A DNA stretch of 59,296 nt. It comes from an uncultured Mycobacterium sp. (GTDB lineage Bacteria > Actinomycetota > Actinomycetes > Mycobacteriales > Mycobacteriaceae). The notes under the pieces were generated by a model. That model made no database searches. It worked only from the letters and a program-made list of their open reading frames with translations, and was not told where the DNA came from. A program made the position numbers and the translations under genes. Location of the stretch: positions 1 through 59,296 of the forward strand of contig CAZCHU010000001.1 of assembly GCA_964498215.1 (NCBI GenBank), given 5' to 3'. Positions 19,903-30,296 of this stretch are shown in pieces (the stretch's first letter is position 1; the number at the start of each line of letters is the position of its first letter).

Positions 19903-20535
19903 GTGGGTAGCGTCGCGGCTGCTCAACCGTCAGGAGATGGCCCCGGAAGTCGGCGCCCAACAGGGCGTCGCCGCGGTGACAGCGGAGCGCGCCAGGCCAT
20001 CATGGACGCCGCTACCGCACAGTTCGCCAAGCATGGTTTTCAGGCCGCGACGATCCGCGGAATCGCCGCCGCAGCCGGAGTGGATACGGCGTTGATCCGT
20101 CATTACTACGGCAGTAAGGACGACTTGTTCGCGGCCACCCTGCGGTTTGCCCCGGAGACTTTGTCCCGCGTCATTGCCGCGGCGAGCGGCGACCAGGATC
20201 ATCTCGGGCAGCGGGTGGTCGCCGCCTATGTCGATCTCTGGGAGGACCCGACCACCGCCGCGCCGCTGCACGCCGCTGTGCGCACCGCGGTGAGCTCGAC
20301 AGGCGGCGCGGCGCTGATGCAGGAGTTCGTTCAGACTCAGATGCTCCCGATTTTCAGACCCGTGCTCGACGAAAGCGCGGCCCTGCGCGTCGCACTGGCA
20401 AGCTCACACATGTTGGGAACGGCGATAAGTCGCTACGTGCTGCGCATCGAACCGCTGGCCAGCCTCGACCGCGATGAACTGATCGCCACGCTAGCCCCGG
20501 CAATCCAGCGCTACCTGACGGAAGACCTTTCATAG
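19903..20535 (+). CDS. TetR/AcrR family transcriptional regulator
   Basis: HTH ATIRGIAAAAGVDTALIRHYYGSKDDLF; AGGAGG RBS. Confidence 0.92.
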   Translation: MGSVAAAQPSGDGPGSRRPTGRRRGDSGARQAIMDAATAQFAKHGFQAATIRGIAAAAGVDTALIRHYYGSKDDLFAATLRFAPETLSRVIAAASGDQDHLGQRVVAAYVDLWEDPTTAAPLHAAVRTAVSSTGGAALMQEFVQTQMLPIFRPVLDESAALRVALASSHMLGTAISRYVLRIEPLASLDRDELIATLAPAIQRYLTEDLS

Positions 20536-22122
20536 GATGTCGCGGGCCCGGAAGCCGACGAAGCCGACTGCGACGAAGGCAACGGTCGCCACACTGATCC
20601 AGGCCAGACCGCTCCAATCCGGGCTGGCCGCGGTGACATTGGGGATATGCCACAGCGGGCTGATGGCCAGAATCCATGTCCACAGCCGAAACAGCGGGCC
20701 CAACAGTGTCAAAGCGAAGGCCAGCACGATGCCGAGCCAGCCAACGGCCCGCGCCACCGGCCAAGCCCCGACGGCAGCCAGGGCCAGCGCCACCAAGGTC
20801 CAGACAGCGGGAATCGTGACCAGGGCCTGCCGCATGACGTCGTTGGCGGAGACGGTGGTTTCCACCCGGGCGGCCACGATCCCGATGATCGCGCCCGACA
20901 CCACCATCGCGGCCGCTGACGCGGCGAAGGCCAACAGCGCGTTGCTGGCCAGATAGGTGCGGCGGCGCAGCGCAGAGGCCAGCAGTGGGTCGACGCGGTC
21001 CTGAGATTCCTCGGTGTAGATCCGCAGTACGATCTGCACGCCGAAGACGGCGGCGATGATTCCCACCAAACGCAGAATGGTGACGAGGAACTCGAAGGTC
21101 AGGCCCTCGGCGGTGGCGCCGCCAGCGGCCATCATGTTGCCCATCGCAGGGTTATCTGCCAGCACATCGCCGACCGAGGTAGCCAGGTTGCCAAACACCC
21201 CTCCGACCGCAGCGAACCCCAGAAGCCACGCGATCAGCGAGCCGCGGTTGAGTTGCACCGCCAGCCCCCAGACGCTCGCCGCCCACCCGCCGCGCGGTGG
21301 ACCTGGCCGTGGAGCGATGAGGCCCATCGCGAAGTCGCGCCGACCCTGTAGCACGAACGCCAGGACTGCCACGACCAGGGCAACCAGGACCGCCAACAGC
21401 AGTGGCCACCAGTTGTTACCCGCCGCCGGACGGACTTGCTGCATCCAGCCCAGCGGAGTCAGCCAATCCGTCCACTGCGCGGCCCGGCTTGCGTCGAAAT
21501 AGCCCCGCAGCACAAAGAATACGGCCAGGATCGAGATGGCGATCGCACTGGCCGCCCGGGCATCGGAGCCGAGTTGTGCTGCGACCGCGGCGATCGATGC
21601 CGACATCAAACCCACGGCCGTGAAGGTCGCGGCCAAGGTGATCGAGTTCGCGATTCCGCCGCCACAGGCAATGGTGAAGATCGACGCCACGACCCCCAGC
21701 ACTGCCGAGGCGACAAACGCCATCAGGATCGCGACCGCCAGCCTTGCCTCGCGGCCGAGAACGCCGGAAGCCAACAACTCTGCCTGCCCGGAATCCTCGT
21801 CGGCGCGGCTGTTACGCACCACGATCAGAATCGCCATCAACCCGGCGAAGAAGGCGCCCAAGGCGCCAGCCCGCCAGGCATTGAACCCGTCGGCCTGCGT
21901 GAGGTCCTGGGCGCGGCCAAAAATGAGGCTCAGAGCGGGGTTGGCTCCGACGCCCGCAGCCAGTTCGGCGCGGCTGTGCGCGTCCGGAAACACCCACGCG
22001 TAGGCCAGAACCGATGATGCGGACAATGCGCTTATCCCCGCCACCCATGGGGCGATCTTGCGAGCGTCCTGGTGCAAAGCCACCTTCAGCAGTGGCACCG
22101 TGCCCACGAACCCGTTGTTCAT
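20530..22122 (-). CDS. ABC exporter permease (tandem ABC-2 type)
   Basis: About 12 hydrophobic segments with duplicated RADEDSGQAELL / EESQDRVDPLL motifs; ATGA overlap with the ATPase gene. Confidence 0.85.
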   Translation of the reverse strand: MNNGFVGTVPLLKVALHQDARKIAPWVAGISALSASSVLAYAWVFPDAHSRAELAAGVGANPALSLIFGRAQDLTQADGFNAWRAGALGAFFAGLMAILIVVRNSRADEDSGQAELLASGVLGREARLAVAILMAFVASAVLGVVASIFTIACGGGIANSITLAATFTAVGLMSASIAAVAAQLGSDARAASAIAISILAVFFVLRGYFDASRAAQWTDWLTPLGWMQQVRPAAGNNWWPLLLAVLVALVVAVLAFVLQGRRDFAMGLIAPRPGPPRGGWAASVWGLAVQLNRGSLIAWLLGFAAVGGVFGNLATSVGDVLADNPAMGNMMAAGGATAEGLTFEFLVTILRLVGIIAAVFGVQIVLRIYTEESQDRVDPLLASALRRRTYLASNALLAFAASAAAMVVSGAIIGIVAARVETTVSANDVMRQALVTIPAVWTLVALALAAVGAWPVARAVGWLGIVLAFALTLLGPLFRLWTWILAISPLWHIPNVTAASPDWSGLAWISVATVAFVAVGFVGFRARDIL

Positions 22123-23066
22123 CGCGACGTGCTCGCCCGGTCAGAGCCCGAGGCCTGAAAATTCACCAGGAACAGATCCTCCAACGACGGCGGAGTCACC
22201 GTCATGGCCGCGATGTCATACCTGCTCAGCACCCGCATCGCCGCACTGAGCGCCGCGGGTTCAATCGAACCGTGTACCCGGTTTCCGTCCAGCTGCAGTC
22301 CGGGGATCATCGACAGGTCGGTTGCAGTCACCGGGGGGTCGGCGAGCACAGCGTTGATGGTCGCGCGGGCGTGGCCACGCAACTGATCCAACGTGCCGGT
22401 CTGGACGACTTGACCGTCACGGATGATGCTGACCCGATCGGCCAGTGCCTCGACCTCGGTCAAGATATGGCTGGAAAGCAACACAGTACGCCCGCGGGCC
22501 TTCTCTGCGGCAATCTCGTCCTGAAACACCGCCTCCATCAAGGGATCCAGGCCGGAGGTGGGCTCGTCAAGGATGAGCAGCTCTACATCCGAGGCCAACG
22601 CGGCGACAATGGCCACTTTCTGCCTGTTGCCCTTGGAATACTGACGCCCACGCTTGGTGGGGTCTAGCTCGAACCGAGCCAGTAGTTGCGTGCGTCGTCT
22701 GTCGTCAAGACCCCCACGTAGCTGGCCCAAGAGGTCGATCGCCTGTCCCCCGGTGAGCCCGGGCCACAAGCTGACATCACCGGGGACGTAAGCAAGGCGC
22801 CGATGCAGCGCGACGACGTCGCGCCAGGGATCACCACCGAGAAGCTCTACTGTTCCCCCATCTGCCTTCAACAGACCCAGCAGAACCCGGATGGTCGTCG
22901 ACTTCCCCGCACCGTTCGGGCCAAGAAATCCGTGTACCTCGCCACGCCGGACGGTCAGATCCAGGCCATCGAGTGCGCGGAAGGACCCGTAGCACTTCAC
23001 CAGCCCTTGCACCCGGATCACGTCGGACCCGTCGACACCGGCAGTGCCCTGATATGGGGTATTCAC
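22119..23066 (-). CDS. ABC transporter ATP-binding protein
   Basis: GPNGAGKST, YSKGNRQK, LILDEPTSGLD and LLSSH; GTG at 23066 chosen as a leaderless start. Confidence 0.93.
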   Translation of the reverse strand: MNTPYQGTAGVDGSDVIRVQGLVKCYGSFRALDGLDLTVRRGEVHGFLGPNGAGKSTTIRVLLGLLKADGGTVELLGGDPWRDVVALHRRLAYVPGDVSLWPGLTGGQAIDLLGQLRGGLDDRRRTQLLARFELDPTKRGRQYSKGNRQKVAIVAALASDVELLILDEPTSGLDPLMEAVFQDEIAAEKARGRTVLLSSHILTEVEALADRVSIIRDGQVVQTGTLDQLRGHARATINAVLADPPVTATDLSMIPGLQLDGNRVHGSIEPAALSAAMRVLSRYDIAAMTVTPPSLEDLFLVNFQASGSDRASTSR

Positions 23067-23072
23067 GCAGCG

Positions 23073-23102
23073 ACAGTAAAACTCCACAACCGTGGAAGTC
23101 AA
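23073..23102 (-). promoter_or_regulatory. SigA-type promoter of the ABC operon with an inverted repeat in the spacer
   Basis: TTGACT-N18-TACTGT-N6-GTG; TCCAC-N4-GTGGA at 23083-23096. Confidence 0.6.
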
Positions 23103-23145
23103 CGTCTACCGGGCAAGATGACCTATCGGGTCAGTATCACGGGCC

Positions 23146-23451
23146 CTACTCCGGTAGCCGCAGTTCGGGCTTTTCCACCTCTTCGATGTTGACATCCTTG
23201 AAAGTGATCACCCGAACCTGCTTGACGAAGCGGGCGGGCCGGTACATGTCCCACACCCAGGCGTCAGTGAGTCTCAATTCGAAATAGACCTCGCCGTCGG
23301 CATTGCGCGGCGCCATCTCCACACTATTGGCCAGGTAGAAACGCCGCTCCGTTTCCACGACGTAGCTGAACTGCCCGACGATGTCCTTGTACTCGCGGTA
23401 GAGCGAGAGCTCCATCTCGGTTTCGTACTTTTCGAGATCCTCGGCACTCAT
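23146..23451 (-). CDS. DUF2469 family protein (Rv2901c-like)
   Basis: [21 protein letters not shown], a conserved actinobacterial protein found after rnhB. Confidence 0.93.
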   Translation of the reverse strand: MSAEDLEKYETEMELSLYREYKDIVGQFSYVVETERRFYLANSVEMAPRNADGEVYFELRLTDAWVWDMYRPARFVKQVRVITFKDVNIEEVEKPELRLPE

Positions 23452-24194
23452 CAGCTCAGCTGTCCTTCACGTCGGTTGGAGTCCATCGGGCCCGATAGCC
23501 CAATCTTTGCGCACGCGACTTCTTCATCCTCCCCGGGTTCCCCCTGCACCAGGCGACGTACGTTGACGAAGGAATACCGGTGCTGGCTGGACGGCCCGAG
23601 CCGAGCCAGCGCCGCGCTGTGCGCGCGGGTGCTGTAGCCCTTGTGTTCGGCGAAGCCGTAGCCGGGGTGCTCGTTGTCCATGGCGACCATGAGCCGGTCC
23701 CGGCTGACTTTGGCCAGCACGCTCGCCGCGGCGATGGACGCGGCCGCGCCATCGCCGCCGACCACGGGCAGCGACGGCATCGGTAACCCAGGTACCCGAA
23801 ACCCATCGGACAGCACATACCCGGGCCGACGCGGCAGCCCGGCGACGGCCCGGCGCATTCCTTCGATGTTGGCGACATGAACTCCCCGGCTGTCCACCTC
23901 GACCGACGGGATGGTGACCACGTGGTAGGCCTGCGCATACCGCCTTATCAGCGGAAACAGCCGCTCGCGTTCGGCCTCGTTGAGCCTCTTGGAATCATCG
24001 AGCGCCGACAGACTATCCAACCGATTGGGACCAAGCACACACGCAGCGACCACCAACGGACCGGCGCACGCGCCCCTCCCCACCTCGTCGACGCCGGCGA
24101 CTGGCCCCAGACCAGCGCGGTACAAAGCGGACTCCAGCGTGCGTAGGCCCGACGACTTGCGGATCACCACTCTCGGCGGCCACGCGGCGGGCAA
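23451..24194 (-). CDS. rnhB: ribonuclease HII
   Basis: [28 protein letters not shown] and HKGY. Confidence 0.96.
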   Translation of the reverse strand: MPAAWPPRVVIRKSSGLRTLESALYRAGLGPVAGVDEVGRGACAGPLVVAACVLGPNRLDSLSALDDSKRLNEAERERLFPLIRRYAQAYHVVTIPSVEVDSRGVHVANIEGMRRAVAGLPRRPGYVLSDGFRVPGLPMPSLPVVGGDGAAASIAAASVLAKVSRDRLMVAMDNEHPGYGFAEHKGYSTRAHSAALARLGPSSQHRYSFVNVRRLVQGEPGEDEEVACAKIGLSGPMDSNRREGQLS

Positions 24195-24210
24195 GTGTCA
24201 GGGCCTCCTG

Positions 24211-25032
24211 TTAGCTTTGCGGATTCACCGAGCTCACGCCACCCCACCGCGAAGGCGGCCAGGCGATGAACCGGGCCTTTCCGATGACATTGTCCACCGG
24301 AACCGTGCCCGCGACCGGATCGCCGGTACACAGCAGGCCACGTTGAGCGTCCTCGGGCCGGTTGCTGCAATGACTACGCGAATCTGCCGAGTGGGTACGG
24401 TTGTCACCCATCACAAAAATTCGCCCTTCGGGCACCGTGACCGGCCCGAACTCGTTACCTAGGCACGGGTACGTCGCGGGATCCGCCATCATCGTCTCCG
24501 GACTGAGGTACGGCTCCTCGAGCCGGGTCCCGTTGACCGTGAGCCCGGTGTCCGCTCGGCATTGAACCGTTTGACCACCGACCGCGATGATCCGCTTCAC
24601 CAGGTCATTCTCGTCGGGAGGAACGAATCCGACGAATGACAGCGCGTTCTGCACCCATCGAATGGCGGGGTTGTCGGAGCGGATCGACTTGTAGCCGATG
24701 CTCCAGTTCGGGGGGCCCTTGAAGACGACGACGTCGCCGGGCTCCGGCGACGAAAATCGGTAGGTCAGCTTGTCGACCATGATGCGGTCGCCGACGCAGC
24801 CGTTGCATCCATGCAACGTTGGTTCCATCGACTCAGACGGAATCAGGTATGGCCGGGCGATGAACGTCAGCATCACGTAGTAGATGACCAACGCGACGGA
24901 AATCAGAATTGCGGCTTCACGAACCGCGCCGCGCTTCTTCTTGCCCGACTCTTGCCCGTCGCCCGCGTCCTCATCGACGGTTCGGTCGGCCGACGCGGCG
25001 TCGGATTCTGGGCCTTCTGGGGGACCGGTCAC
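24211..25032 (-). CDS. lepB: signal peptidase I
   Basis: IPSESMEPTL, LVKRII and GDNRTHSADSR. Confidence 0.96.
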   Translation of the reverse strand: MTGPPEGPESDAASADRTVDEDAGDGQESGKKKRGAVREAAILISVALVIYYVMLTFIARPYLIPSESMEPTLHGCNGCVGDRIMVDKLTYRFSSPEPGDVVVFKGPPNWSIGYKSIRSDNPAIRWVQNALSFVGFVPPDENDLVKRIIAVGGQTVQCRADTGLTVNGTRLEEPYLSPETMMADPATYPCLGNEFGPVTVPEGRIFVMGDNRTHSADSRSHCSNRPEDAQRGLLCTGDPVAGTVPVDNVIGKARFIAWPPSRWGGVSSVNPQS

Positions 25033-25077
25033 GAGATCAGCGTAGCCAGCGCCGACAGCCTTGCCCGACCTGGGAGG

Positions 25078-25419
25078 TCAGCGCTTTTCCTTGATCTTCG
25101 CCTTCTTGCCGCGGAGCTCACGCAGGTAGTAGAGCTTGGCGCGACGTACGTCACCGCGGGTGACGATGTCGATGTGGTCGATGTTGGGTGAATGCACCGG
25201 GAAGGTGCGCTCGACGCCGACACCGTAGCTCTCCTTGCGCACGGTGAAGGTCTCGCGGACCCCACCCCCCTGCCTGCGGATCACGACACCTTTGAAGACC
25301 TGAATGCGCTCCTTGGAGCCCTCGATGACCTTCACGTGAACGTTCACGGTGTCCCCGGCGCCGAAGGCCGGGACGTCGTCGCGCAATGACGTCTGGTCGA
25401 CGAAATCCAGCGTGTTCAT
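25078..25419 (-). CDS. rplS: 50S ribosomal protein L19
   Basis: GVGVERTFP and [13 protein letters not shown]. Confidence 0.98.
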   Translation of the reverse strand: MNTLDFVDQTSLRDDVPAFGAGDTVNVHVKVIEGSKERIQVFKGVVIRRQGGGVRETFTVRKESYGVGVERTFPVHSPNIDHIDIVTRGDVRRAKLYYLRELRGKKAKIKEKR

Positions 25420-25716
25420 CGGTGACACTTCCTTGCTGTTCGCGGCTTCCGGCAGGCGCCGCGAGGGCGCATGCAGAGCCGATTGTGTGTGATTCGGGCG
25501 TCTGGGGCGAGTCGTGCGGCCATCCGGCCGGGCACCGACAACTGCCCAATTGTGCCAGACGAAGTACCATTCCCGGAAATCCGGTGCGCGGCCGCTGCCA
25601 CGCTGGGTATTGGCGGTACGAGCGACATGCAGCGGCTACGCTCACTCTGCGGGTACACCAGCGTTGACGACCTATTCGATCGGCAGGGCATACCCGGACT
25701 CAATGGAGGGTAATCG

Positions 25717-26658
25717 ATGCGACGGCACCCGTTTATCCTGTTCAGGACAGCCACAGCCGTCGTTGTCGGCATCCTGATCTTGGCCGGTTGTGAAGCCCGG
25801 GTGCACGGGTCCCCCCCGGCCCCTTCCAGCCCGTTGCTGACCGTGGTTGCCCCACTGGGCCCTATGGCGCCGCTTCCCGAGACACCTCCGGACGCACCCG
25901 CCGCCGGGTTCAGCGGTCTGGCAGAGCGCATGGGCCAAGCTACCGCCGAGTCCGCAGCGGCCGGCGCCAACATCACCGTCGCGGTGCTCGACCGCAACAC
26001 CGGGCAATTTGTGACAAACGGCAACGGCAGGACGCTGGCCATCGCCTCGGTGGCCAAGCTGTTCATCGCCGATGACTTGCTGCTGCGGGTGTCCCGGGGT
26101 GAGGCCGCGCTCTCGCCGGAAGACCGCAACGCGCTCGACGTGATGCTTCGGGCATCCGACGACGGCGCCGCCGAGGTCTTCTGGGCTCGTGGCGGTGGTA
26201 GCGCGATCGTTGATCGGGTCATCGCGCGGTATGGCCTGGGGTCGACGGGACCGCCGCCCGGCGGGCGGTGGTTCAACACCATCAGCACAGCGTCCGATTT
26301 GGTGCGTTACTACGACATGCTGCTGTCGGGCGCCGGCGGATTGCCGCCCGAGCAGGCCGGCATCATCCTGGCCAACCTGGCGGCGTCGACACCGACCGCA
26401 CCCGATGGGATGGCACCCGGCGGCGTCTATCAGCAGCGGTTCGGCATACCGGAGGGGCTGTTCGCTGAACCTGTCGCAGTCAAGCAGGGCTGGATGTGTT
26501 GTGTCGGCGCTGACTGGATGCACCTGTCCACCGGTGTCATCGGTCCCGGTCGCCGCTACGTGATGGCTATCGGATCGATGCAGCCGGGCAGCGCCGACGT
26601 TGCCCGGCAGACCATCACCCAGGCCGTCAAGACAATGTTCCCGGGTGGGCGCATCTAG
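25717..26658 (+). CDS. lppW: lipoprotein LppW-like with beta-lactamase-like motifs
   Basis: Lipobox LAGC; ASVAK, SDD and KQG motifs; position between rplS and trmD. Confidence 0.82.
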   Translation: MRRHPFILFRTATAVVVGILILAGCEARVHGSPPAPSSPLLTVVAPLGPMAPLPETPPDAPAAGFSGLAERMGQATAESAAAGANITVAVLDRNTGQFVTNGNGRTLAIASVAKLFIADDLLLRVSRGEAALSPEDRNALDVMLRASDDGAAEVFWARGGGSAIVDRVIARYGLGSTGPPPGGRWFNTISTASDLVRYYDMLLSGAGGLPPEQAGIILANLAASTPTAPDGMAPGGVYQQRFGIPEGLFAEPVAVKQGWMCCVGADWMHLSTGVIGPGRRYVMAIGSMQPGSADVARQTITQAVKTMFPGGRI

Positions 26659-27341
26659 TCCAGGAGATCCGGACGGCGCTCCCGGGTGCGTTCGACACCC
26701 TGTTCGTGGCGCCACGCGGTGATCCGGGCATGGTCGCCCGAGAGCAGCACGTCCGGCACGTCGAGACCCCGCCAAGTGGCGGGGCGGGTGTAGCTGGGTC
26801 CTTCCAGCAGGCCCCCCAGCAGATCCGAATAGGAATCGTCGCGATGGGACTCGGGATTGCCGAGCACATTGGGCATCAGCCGCAATACCGCCTCGACCAT
26901 CACCAGGGCCGCCGATTCCCCGCCGGGCAGTACGTAGTCCCCGATCGACACCTCATGGACCCGCATCCGGCGCGCCGCATCTAGCGCGACGCGCTGGTCG
27001 ATCCCCTCATAGCGGCCACACGCGAACACGAGATGGCTTTCGCTGCTCCAGCGCGCGGCGTCGGCTTGGGTGAACAGTCGGCCGGCCGGCGTCGGAATCA
27101 CCAGAAGCGTTTCTTCCGAACAGATCTCGTCCAGCGCAACACCCCACACCGGCGCCTTCATCACCATTCCCGGCCCGCCACCGTACGGCGAATCGTCAAC
27201 GGATCGGTGGACGTCGTGGGTCCAGTTCCTTAGATCGTGCACCGCGAAGTCGACGACGCCCGAATCGATGGCCTTTCCCGGTAGCGACTGCCGCAACGGT
27301 TCGAGATATCGAGGGAAGATGCTTATCACATCGATTCGCAC
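26655..27341 (-). CDS. trmD: tRNA (guanine37-N1)-methyltransferase
   Basis: DDSPYGGGPGMV, CGRYEGIDQR and SIGDYVL.GGE. Confidence 0.97.
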   Translation of the reverse strand: MRIDVISIFPRYLEPLRQSLPGKAIDSGVVDFAVHDLRNWTHDVHRSVDDSPYGGGPGMVMKAPVWGVALDEICSEETLLVIPTPAGRLFTQADAARWSSESHLVFACGRYEGIDQRVALDAARRMRVHEVSIGDYVLPGGESAALVMVEAVLRLMPNVLGNPESHRDDSYSDLLGGLLEGPSYTRPATWRGLDVPDVLLSGDHARITAWRHEQGVERTRERRPDLLD

Positions 27342-27349
27342 AGTGATCC

Positions 27350-27880
27350 CTACTGAAGATCTGCGAGGTTGAGCAGCCCGTCTGGCGGGTCGATCTCCAC
27401 CACACCGTCGGCCAGCGACACCGCCGTGACGATCGCACTGACGAACGGGACCAGAAACTCCGGTCCCTCGACCGGCCTGACGCTCAGTAGCTCGCCGGCG
27501 GCAGTGTGCAGCACCTCGGCGACGGTACCGACTTCGTCGCCGGTCATGGTCCGCACGCGCAGACCTTCGAGCTGATGGTCGTAGAACTCGTCGGGTTCGG
27601 TGATCGGCGGCAGATCGTCCGAGTCGACCAGGAACAGCGTGCCCCTGAGGGAATCGGCGGCGTCGCGGTCGATGACACCGGCCAGCCGTATCAACAACCG
27701 ACCGGCGTGTTCGCGGACCGATTCAATGGTGTATTCACGCTCCGAGCCGCCGCGAGACGCGCGTCCGCGCAACGTCGTGCCAGGTGCGAACCGTAGGTCG
27801 GGATCGTCGGTGCGGACATCGACAACCACCTCGCCGGTGATGCCGTGCGACTTCGCCACGCGCCCGACGACAAGCTCCAT
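27350..27880 (-). CDS. rimM: ribosome maturation factor RimM
   Basis: [22 protein letters not shown] and LVPFV. Confidence 0.95.
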   Translation of the reverse strand: MELVVGRVAKSHGITGEVVVDVRTDDPDLRFAPGTTLRGRASRGGSEREYTIESVREHAGRLLIRLAGVIDRDAADSLRGTLFLVDSDDLPPITEPDEFYDHQLEGLRVRTMTGDEVGTVAEVLHTAAGELLSVRPVEGPEFLVPFVSAIVTAVSLADGVVEIDPPDGLLNLADLQ

Positions 27881-27890
27881 GGGCTGATGC

Positions 27891-28133
27891 CTACTGGTCG
27901 GTGTCCACCACGTCGACCCGGATACCCCGACCACCGATACCCGCCACCAAGGTGCGCAGCGCGGTCGCGGTGCGGCCGCCACGGCCGATCACCTTGCCCA
28001 AGTCTTCGGGGTGGACGTGCACCTCGACAGTCCGTCCACGCCGGTTGGTCACCATGTCGACTCGGACATCGTCGGGATTGTCCACGATTCCGCGGACGAG
28101 ATGCTCAACGGCGTCGACGACGACTGAACTCAC
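27891..28133 (-). CDS. khpA: KH-domain RNA-binding protein KhpA
   Basis: [17 protein letters not shown]; between rpsP and rimM. Confidence 0.94.
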   Translation of the reverse strand: MSSVVVDAVEHLVRGIVDNPDDVRVDMVTNRRGRTVEVHVHPEDLGKVIGRGGRTATALRTLVAGIGGRGIRVDVVDTDQ

Positions 28134-28141
28134 CGCAGTTC

Positions 28142-28639
28142 TCAGCTCTCGCTGGCCGCGTCGGCGCCCTCGGCGGCCTTCTCGACCGGCTCAGCCTTCT
28201 CCTCGGCCTTGTCGGCCTTCTCCTCGGCCTTGTCGGCGGCCTTCTTGGCCGGCGCCTTCTTCTTCTTGGGCTGGGTAGCCTCACCCGACGGCGCGCCGTC
28301 AGCCTCGGCCAACGCGGCGTTGAACAGGTCCAGCTTGCTGGCCTTGGGCTCCTTGACCTTCAGCGTGCCCTCAGCACCGGGCAGACCCTTGAACTTCTGC
28401 CAGTCACCGGTGATCTTCAGCAGCTGCAGAACGGGCTCCGTCGGCTGCGCGCCAACTCCGAGCCAGTACTGTGCGCGCTCCGAGTCGATCTCGATGAGAC
28501 TCGGATCTTCCTTCGGGTGGTACCGGCCGATGACCTCGATGGCGCGGCCGTCGCGGCGGTTTCGCGCGTCGGCCACAGAGATGCGGTACTGGGGATTGCG
28601 GATCTTGCCAAAGCGGGCAAGCTTGATTTTGACAGCCAT
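28142..28639 (-). CDS. rpsP: 30S ribosomal protein S16 with Lys/Ala/Glu-rich tail
   Basis: [20 protein letters not shown] and [10 protein letters not shown]. Confidence 0.98.
   Translation of the reverse strand: MAVKIKLARFGKIRNPQYRISVADARNRRDGRAIEVIGRYHPKEDPSLIEIDSERAQYWLGVGAQPTEPVLQLLKITGDWQKFKGLPGAEGTLKVKEPKASKLDLFNAALAEADGAPSGEATQPKKKKAPAKKAADKAEEKADKAEEKAEPVEKAAEGADAASES
28194..28235. repeat. perfect 21-bp tandem duplication in the rpsP tail
   Basis: GCCTTCTCCTCGGCCTTGTCG x2, encoding the repeated DKAEEKA unit. Confidence 0.9.
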
Positions 28640-28847
28640 GATGGTGCGAGGTCTCCTGTGATTGCCACGTTTGCAATTCAAGCGACGCGGGCGGGATGCC
28701 CGGTCCGGTTTTGCCTTACGCGTGTGACCGCCGCGGGAGCGCCCCGCTCACAGCGAAGTGGATCGCAGGAGGACGGGTCCCTCGGCAGACAGCCGATCAT
28801 TGTGCCAGAACGCTCCCTGCAGGCGAAATCAGGACGGAGCCAAGTTC

Positions 28848-29279
28848 TCAGACAAGTTTGTCGAAACACTTCTCCTCGACGCGCTTGCTCATCCGCCACC
28901 CCTGCGGGGTCCTGATGAATTCATCGACATACCAAATACCCACAAAATAGATCTGGGCGGTGTTCTGGCCTGGGTCGCTGCCCATCACAATCGGGTTGAA
29001 GCAGATGGCTCGCGATGTCGCACTGTCACCGCTGATGCGGACGTCAACGTTGCCCAGCATGTGGTAAAACGCGGGAAAGTTCGGCAGCACACCTTTGAGC
29101 CACGCCTTGACTTCGGGGAAGCGTCCGTCGATTCCGCCGCTGACGCGGTAGTCGATGTAGGCGTCGGGGGTGAACACCGCGTCGAGATCGTCGAACCGCC
29201 GCTGGTCGATCGCCGTGGAGTAATCGATGAGTAGCTGCTGCACTTCCAACCGGTCGGAGATCTCCTCGATGCTCATCAT
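28848..29279 (-). CDS. SnoaL/NTF2-like protein (Rv2910c-like)
   Basis: DRLEVQQLLIDYSTAID, HMLGN and YVDEFIRTPQGWR. Confidence 0.88.
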   Translation of the reverse strand: MMSIEEISDRLEVQQLLIDYSTAIDQRRFDDLDAVFTPDAYIDYRVSGGIDGRFPEVKAWLKGVLPNFPAFYHMLGNVDVRISGDSATSRAICFNPIVMGSDPGQNTAQIYFVGIWYVDEFIRTPQGWRMSKRVEEKCFDKLV

Positions 29280-29324
29280 GGCTCGATTGAACACGATCGC
29301 GTCGCGGGGATAGGCTCATCGGCC

Positions 29325-30218
29325 ATGACGAGGCTGCTCACATGTCTAGGGGCCACTCTGTGCCTGTTCGCGACTGGCCTCGGGGTCTCCCCGACGACAG
29401 CCGTGGCAGTACCGGCACCGGGCATCAGCCAGCCCGCCGGCTCGGTACCGATCCCGGAAGGCCCCGCTCAGGCGTGGATTCTTGCCGATATGGACACCGG
29501 CGAGGTACTGGCTGCGCGCGACGAGTACGGGCAGTACGCGCCGGCCAGCACGATCAAGGTCCTGCTCGCGCTGACCGTTCTCGACGAACTACCACTGGAC
29601 GCGACCATCGTCGCGAGCGAGGCCGAAACCAAGGTCGAGTGCAATTGCGCCGGCGTCACGCCGGGGATGACCTACACCACCCGCCAGTTGCTGGAGGCGA
29701 TACTGCTCGTCTCCGGCAACGACGCGGCCAACACGCTGGCCACCATGCTGGGCGGATACGACGTCGCGGTCATGAAGATGAACGCCAAAGCCGCCCTGCT
29801 GGGCGCCTACGGGACGAACGCAGGCTCGCCGTCCGGAATCGACGGACCCGGAATCGACATGTGGTCCTCACCCCGCGATCTGGCGGTCATATTCCAGGCC
29901 GCGATGGCCAACCCGGTCTTCGCGGAAATCACCGCGATGCCGACGGCGGTCTTCCCCACCAAGACGGGCGACACGGTGCTGGTGAACCAGGATGTACTGC
30001 TCAAGCGCTATCCCGGCACGTTCGGCGGCAAGACCGGATACACCGACCTGGCCCGTAAGACATTTGTCGGCGGCGCGCAGCGAGACGGCAGACGCCTCGT
30101 CGTGGCGCTGATGTACGGACTCGACAAGCCCGGCGCCCCCACCTGCTGGGACCAGGTGACCAGCCTGCTCGACTGGGGTTTCGCCCTCGGTCCGAACAAA
30201 GGAGTCGGTCGACTCTGA
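29325..30218 (+). CDS. D-alanyl-D-alanine carboxypeptidase (DacB2-like), copy 1
   Basis: Signal peptide; ASTIK, SGN and KTG motifs. Confidence 0.92.
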   Translation: MTRLLTCLGATLCLFATGLGVSPTTAVAVPAPGISQPAGSVPIPEGPAQAWILADMDTGEVLAARDEYGQYAPASTIKVLLALTVLDELPLDATIVASEAETKVECNCAGVTPGMTYTTRQLLEAILLVSGNDAANTLATMLGGYDVAVMKMNAKAALLGAYGTNAGSPSGIDGPGIDMWSSPRDLAVIFQAAMANPVFAEITAMPTAVFPTKTGDTVLVNQDVLLKRYPGTFGGKTGYTDLARKTFVGGAQRDGRRLVVALMYGLDKPGAPTCWDQVTSLLDWGFALGPNKGVGRL

Positions 30219-30296
30219 ACCGAGGGGCGCACTCGATACTCGATGGAGATCTGATCGCGCGCTGACCGAGTCCTGGCGTTACTAGCGTGGCCGACT

